From Selaginella moellendorffii (Eukaryota > Plantae > Lycopodiophyta): 64,000 bases of DNA. The stretch lies in NCBI RefSeq assembly GCF_000143415.4, contig NW_003314331.1, forward strand, positions 933,800 to 997,799. The letters run 5' to 3'. The notes below the pieces were generated by a model. The model was not told where the DNA came from. It made no database searches and saw only the letters and a program-made list of their open reading frames with translations. Made by a program: the position numbers and the translations under genes. Shown here piece after piece: positions 59,201-64,000 of the stretch (positions are counted from its first letter, which is position 1; each line of letters begins with the position of its first letter).

Positions 59201-61779
59201 TGTGTTCCAGGGCGTAACAAAACGAAAGTGGCAGAAGCAATCTCATCAGTTCCTTGCTCAATGGCTGGAACCAATAAAATCAGGAACAATGTATAGATAG
59301 TCTACGTTTTGGCATTTCAGATGCCCAGCAGCCTCAGCATGTAACTATAGGAAGAGCGACCCGGTTGTCAGCATTGGGTATTTGCTCGACACACCACTGG
59401 AGGAGCTAAGATCTTCTAAAGAATATGCATCCACATTACCTGTTGTGATCCTGTTAATCCAGGGGAAGCATCTGAGACGTTATCCATTTGGGCGGTAATT
59501 TGAATATAAATGTTTTAGATGCTGCAACTCCTTGTGACAAGAGGTTGAGAGCAAGTATGTTAACGATATGAGACTTATATTATTATTTGCTGAGTTGTGC
59601 TGATGCTTGACGCTAATGTATTTTAATGTAATTTATGTTTTTTTGTATAATTTTTTATTTCTATTTGTTGGGTATATCCTTCTTTTTCCATGAGTTCTTT
59701 TAATCCTTTTTTGACTGTAATCAATATTGAAGTCTCCTGAATATCCTAAATTATTTGGTACATGTCTTTGTAATTGATTTTCAAATTATTTTATGTTTTT
59801 GTTCTTGGTTTTCGGTGCATATTTGCAATTTATATATTCATCTTATTCTAGTTAATCTTGATGTGTTTGTATTTTTTGGATTGGTGTGTATTCTTTATAA
59901 TATTATTTGCAATATACAGTGGCTGATTATGAATTGTAAAATATAATTGCAGTGTTGTACAAGCTTCTTATATGCATGATGTATTTATAGAATCTATCAA
60001 GACAAAAACCTTCAATAATCATATCCATTCAAGCACTGGACAAAGACATAACTTTCCCTATTACATTCTCTAATGACATGACTTGGTGATGGGTGGTGGC
60101 ATTGGCTTTTTCTATTCATTTTAACAATATATTCTTGCCACAAATAGGGATCACTGGCACCAATATGGTGAAATTCTTGCAGCTGCCCCAGACAGATTTC
60201 AAAAAAGTATGGAATGATTTTGGTCAAAACTTCTATTTGTTCTTCTTGATTCTAAGTGGCAAGCCTTTCTTGAATTCAAGGAATTTCTTGCTACGATGCA
60301 AGTGTGGAGAATTTTAAATCTTATGTCATTGTAAATGTGCTGTTGTGTTGTCTTAAGTTTTTATTTGGTTATCTACCAACCTCTACTGGGGGCAGATCAT
60401 GTCCACAAGCCTGGGGAAATGAGATTCCCAATGGAGAGTACGGTAGGACCAACACTTCTGGCAATTATTGCAGGATTGGAGCAAGAGAGGGGTTACAAGG
60501 AATTTAACTTAAATACACTAATCAAAACCAGTCATAGTAGAGACATCACCAGTTAAATATAGGACAATTCAGATCATGTTAAGATCTACAACTTTGATTT
60601 AACTAATATCAACAATCTATATTTTACTTCAAGATGGTAGGTCTTTCCTCGTGTTCTTGCTTGGATTTGTAAAACAAGATTATGCTTATCAGGAAGAAAA
60701 TATTGGAAAGAGGAGTGAGGAGAATTTAGAGTTACTTACCTTCTATGTAGTGTAAGAGATCTCCTAAGGTTTTTATGGCACAATAACATGTTTGTGGTCT
60801 TGGCTATAAGCAACAGGAAATTAAAGATTGGTCTGTAAGCAACTAAACTTTTTATTTTACTTTAATCATTTTGGGTATTTACTAGTGTTTAGATGTGTTT
60901 TCATAACCACACCAACTTCACACTTACTTTACATGTTTAGTCCCACTTCAGACACCTAAAAGTACTATTAATGTACCAACCTCTTATGCTAAGGTTATAT
61001 CTTTTTTTGTGATCTCAATGGTAATCCAAGATCACATGTATCACAATCCCATCTTTCCAAGATTAAATCATCCATCCATGAGTAGTCATCCCATGACCAC
61101 ACTTTAGCATCTTTAAAATACTTTAAGATATAAGGAACACCATCCCCCAATTCCTTTTTTTAATTTCCATTAAATCCCTTTTTGTCCATGGTAATGTTCA
61201 CAAATACCACCACTAAACTAAAGCCCAAATGCCCATCCACTAAATTCTACTAACCTCTAGAACATCTTCACTATATAACTATACCTTTAATCACTAAGGA
61301 AGAGGACCACTCCTCTTCCTTTTTATGGTCCAAAAATTGGTTTGAGATAGAACCTAATATAAAGCTTGAGATGGGAGTTTAAGATCAAGTTCGAGATAAA
61401 GTCCAAAATTAGGTCCAAGATTGAGTTTGAGATTGAGTTTGATTTTGACTTTAAGCCCGAGACTGAGTTTGAGTCAATCTGAGACCAAATCTAAGACTAA
61501 ATCCAAGACTCAATCTAAGTTTGAGTCTAAGATTAATCTAAGGGTGAAAGCCCAAAGTAGTCTTCTCCCAAACCCTAAGAGGTTTGGTAAATCCTTGTAA
61601 GATGGAAGAAAACCACACTCACATGATGGATGATAATATAACTAGTGGGGAGTCTAATGCTAAAGTGAACATAGATGGATATATGAAGTGATTTAATGGT
61701 GTTTAGCAAATACAATAAGCTATCATTGATGATATTGAGGGATTAGTCTTAATACATAGGGGTTCTTGTTATTAACTAG

Positions 61780-63487
61780 TGCAAAACATAATGAGATGAG
61801 AACTCTTTACTAGGCTAAGTATTTGTATAACATATATTCATATTCTAGATGCAAATTGGCAGAAGCTGGATCCTAGGAGCTAAAATACCATCTTCATGGG
61901 CTATCATGCTCATTCTAAGACTTACCACCTTCATGATCTTGCTCTCAAAAAGCTCATGGTTACTTAAGATGTTTCTTTCAATGAGCAAGAACTCTATCAC
62001 CATATTCAAAGTATTAACTTCCTCCAGTTCTAATGTGGTGGACTTGTCCCTCGTCCTGGATGAGGAGCTCATCCAACCTCCAGCACAAGCAGTTCAAAGT
62101 TAGCTTGTTCCAAGAGGAGCAACACCTCCTCCACTTGGCAGTGGCATGACTTCCCCACCAACTTTGCTGCTAGTCATGATTGGAGGCTCTTCTAGCTTGC
62201 CTCCTCTAGATCCTCTCTTGACACCACCACCTCATCAAGAGATTAAGGCTGTTACACATTCAAGACNNNNNNNNNNNNNNNNNNNNNNNNNNNNNNNNNN
62301 NNNNNNNNNNNNNNNNNNNNNNNNNNNNNNNNNNNNNNNNNNNNNNNNNNNNNNNNNNNNNNNNNNNNNNNNNNNNNNNNNNNNNNNNNNNNNNNNNNNN
62401 NNNNNCTATGCATGATGAGTATGACTCATTGATCATGAATGGAACTTGGATGTTGGTCTCCCTCCTAGCAAGAAGGCAATTACAGCCAAGTGGCTCTTCA
62501 AAAAGAAATACCAAGCTGATGGTAGTGTCAAGTTGATGGAGCTCTAGGTCAAGCTCAACTGCAAGGCCCATCAACTCCCTATATTTGTGAGAAGCTATAA
62601 GCTATGAAGCATGCCTTGTAGCGCTCAATATGATCTCAACGGTGATCTTGAGGAGGAAGTACAAGTAAAGCCTAATGAGGTAGAAAACCATTAATTGTAG
62701 TGTACCATGACCTGGGGCTTTGTTTCACCCTATAGAGTGCCTTGTGTAAGTAGTAGATGAGATGCTCCTGATTGGGATGTACAAACCTAGGAGGTTGGGT
62801 GGAGGTGTAGACTGATAAGAATCTCTACATATATCAAGATGGCCAAGGATTTCTATTCTTAGCCTTATATGTGGATTAGCCTCCAATAAGATGTGGCTCA
62901 TCAACTAGATTAAGACTTATCTCTCTGCTAAATTTGAGATGACTAATCTGGGAGATTTGCACTATTGCTTCAGAATTCAAGTCTACTGAGATAGGCAACA
63001 TGGAGTATTTGAGCTCTCTAAAGAGAAATACATCCACAACATTCTCCAAAGGTGCTTTATGCTTAATGCTAACTCAGTGGCTACTCCCATGGAAGCAGGC
63101 TCAAAGTTGTCTAAGGCCTTTAACTCGACATCAACTCTAGATGACACTCCCAAGGAGGAGAACACAACACTATACTGTTCAATGGTTGAGAGCCTCATCT
63201 ACTTGATAGCCTTGACTAAGCTTGACCTCGCATCCAGTATGGGAGCAATCTCAAAGTTCTTGGACAACCTTCATCACCACATTGGGCTGATATGAAGTAG
63301 ATCATAAGGTATGTGAGTGGTACAAGGAACTACACACTGAAATATGTAAGAGGAAATGGAGACAATGGTCTGGTGGAATATATAGACACAAACTAGGCAA
63401 GAGATCTAGATGATAGAAGATCTACCTCAGGGTATGTCTTCATGTACAACCATAATGTGGTTAATTGGTGTTGTAAGAGGCAGCAGG
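61780..63487 (+). mobile_element. Degenerate Ty1/copia integrase-RT-RNase H
   Basis: KLDPR..IFMGY, DEYDSLIMNGTWMLV, FEMTNLGDLHY, VATPME, DLDDRRSTSGYVF, NWCCKRQ. Confidence 0.85.
62267..62405. other. Assembly gap (139 N)
   Basis: Run of N. Confidence 1.
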
Positions 63488-64000
63488 AGGCAGACAGGTC
63501 AAACAATGACAGAGTGTTCACCCCTACGAGCTCCACTAGAATCTCTCCATGTAAGTGGTTATATGACATATCCAGTTGCTCCAGCTCCTTAAGCATGCCC
63601 AATGTTTTGGGAAGCTCACTAGTGATGTTGTTGTGTGACAAGTTGAGGTACTGAAGGCCAATTGGAAGCTCTCCACATAAAAATTGGATGACAAGTCAAG
63701 CAATGTAGTTGTCCCAAAGAAACATTCATATCCCGTGTACTGTCCTTTGACTTGCAAGAACAAGTCACATCCACCACTTGCAGCTGTGTTATTTATCATA
63801 TCTGGCAAAAATCCTTTAAATTGGATGCCTCCCAACTTAGCTGGTGAAAGTTGACGAGAATCTCACCACTGAAATTATTTCTTCTCAGACCAATTAACTC
63901 CAACAAAGTGTTGGTGCCAAATGGAAGTAATGGGAATTTCCCTCCAAAATTATTCCATGGCCAATGACAAAATCTTCAACACTTGAAACCGATGTCCAGG
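63488..64000 (-). pseudogene. LRR receptor-like protein/kinase fragment (island domain plus final LRRs), frameshifted and cut by the copia relic
   Basis: LQVKGQYTGY...TLLDLSSN, MSHNNITSELPKTLGMLKELEQLDMSYNHLHGEI; continues beyond the window. Confidence 0.75.

Larger units (their letters stand above)
46081..60580 (+). repeat. Segmental duplication copy B
   Basis: Colinear with 12711-29240, with many indels. Confidence 0.92.

Overview
Eukaryotic, gene-dense plant DNA with very short introns (about 50-90 nt), many PLS-type PPR genes and relics, and a canonical plant tRNA-Phe. The style suggests a lycophyte such as Selaginella (inference). Apparently intact genes: GPN-loop GTPase 1, a secreted Gly-rich protein, a 5-exon YmaE-like metallo-beta-lactamase-fold gene, tRNA-Phe(GAA), a YhfW-like FAD oxidoreductase/Rieske gene with a probable transit peptide, two intronless GDSL-type esterases, a PLS-E PPR gene and a subtilase. 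A family of three-exon small secreted peptide genes is also present; the ORF track misses it. The region ~12.7-29.2 kb is repeated at ~46.1-60.6 kb, and each copy consists of older decayed modules (tRNA-Phe / peptide / PPR / GDSL / PPR). Two results stand out. (1) Spliced PSY-like (sulfotyrosine peptide) precursors carry TWO tandem DY-x-x-P-G-A-N...H-Y...PPP domains, in four diverging copies. (2) A composite LTR retroelement at 41556-45151 combines a 249-bp-arm palindrome, a 104-bp mini-LTR, a 120-bp LTR built around a tRNA cloverleaf (Pol III-type TRIM), two primer-binding sites, a gag-less Ty3/gypsy pol and a third, different LTR. Degenerate copia relics, a 139-N gap and a truncated LRR receptor-like gene close the window. 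All calls were made by eye, without database searches.
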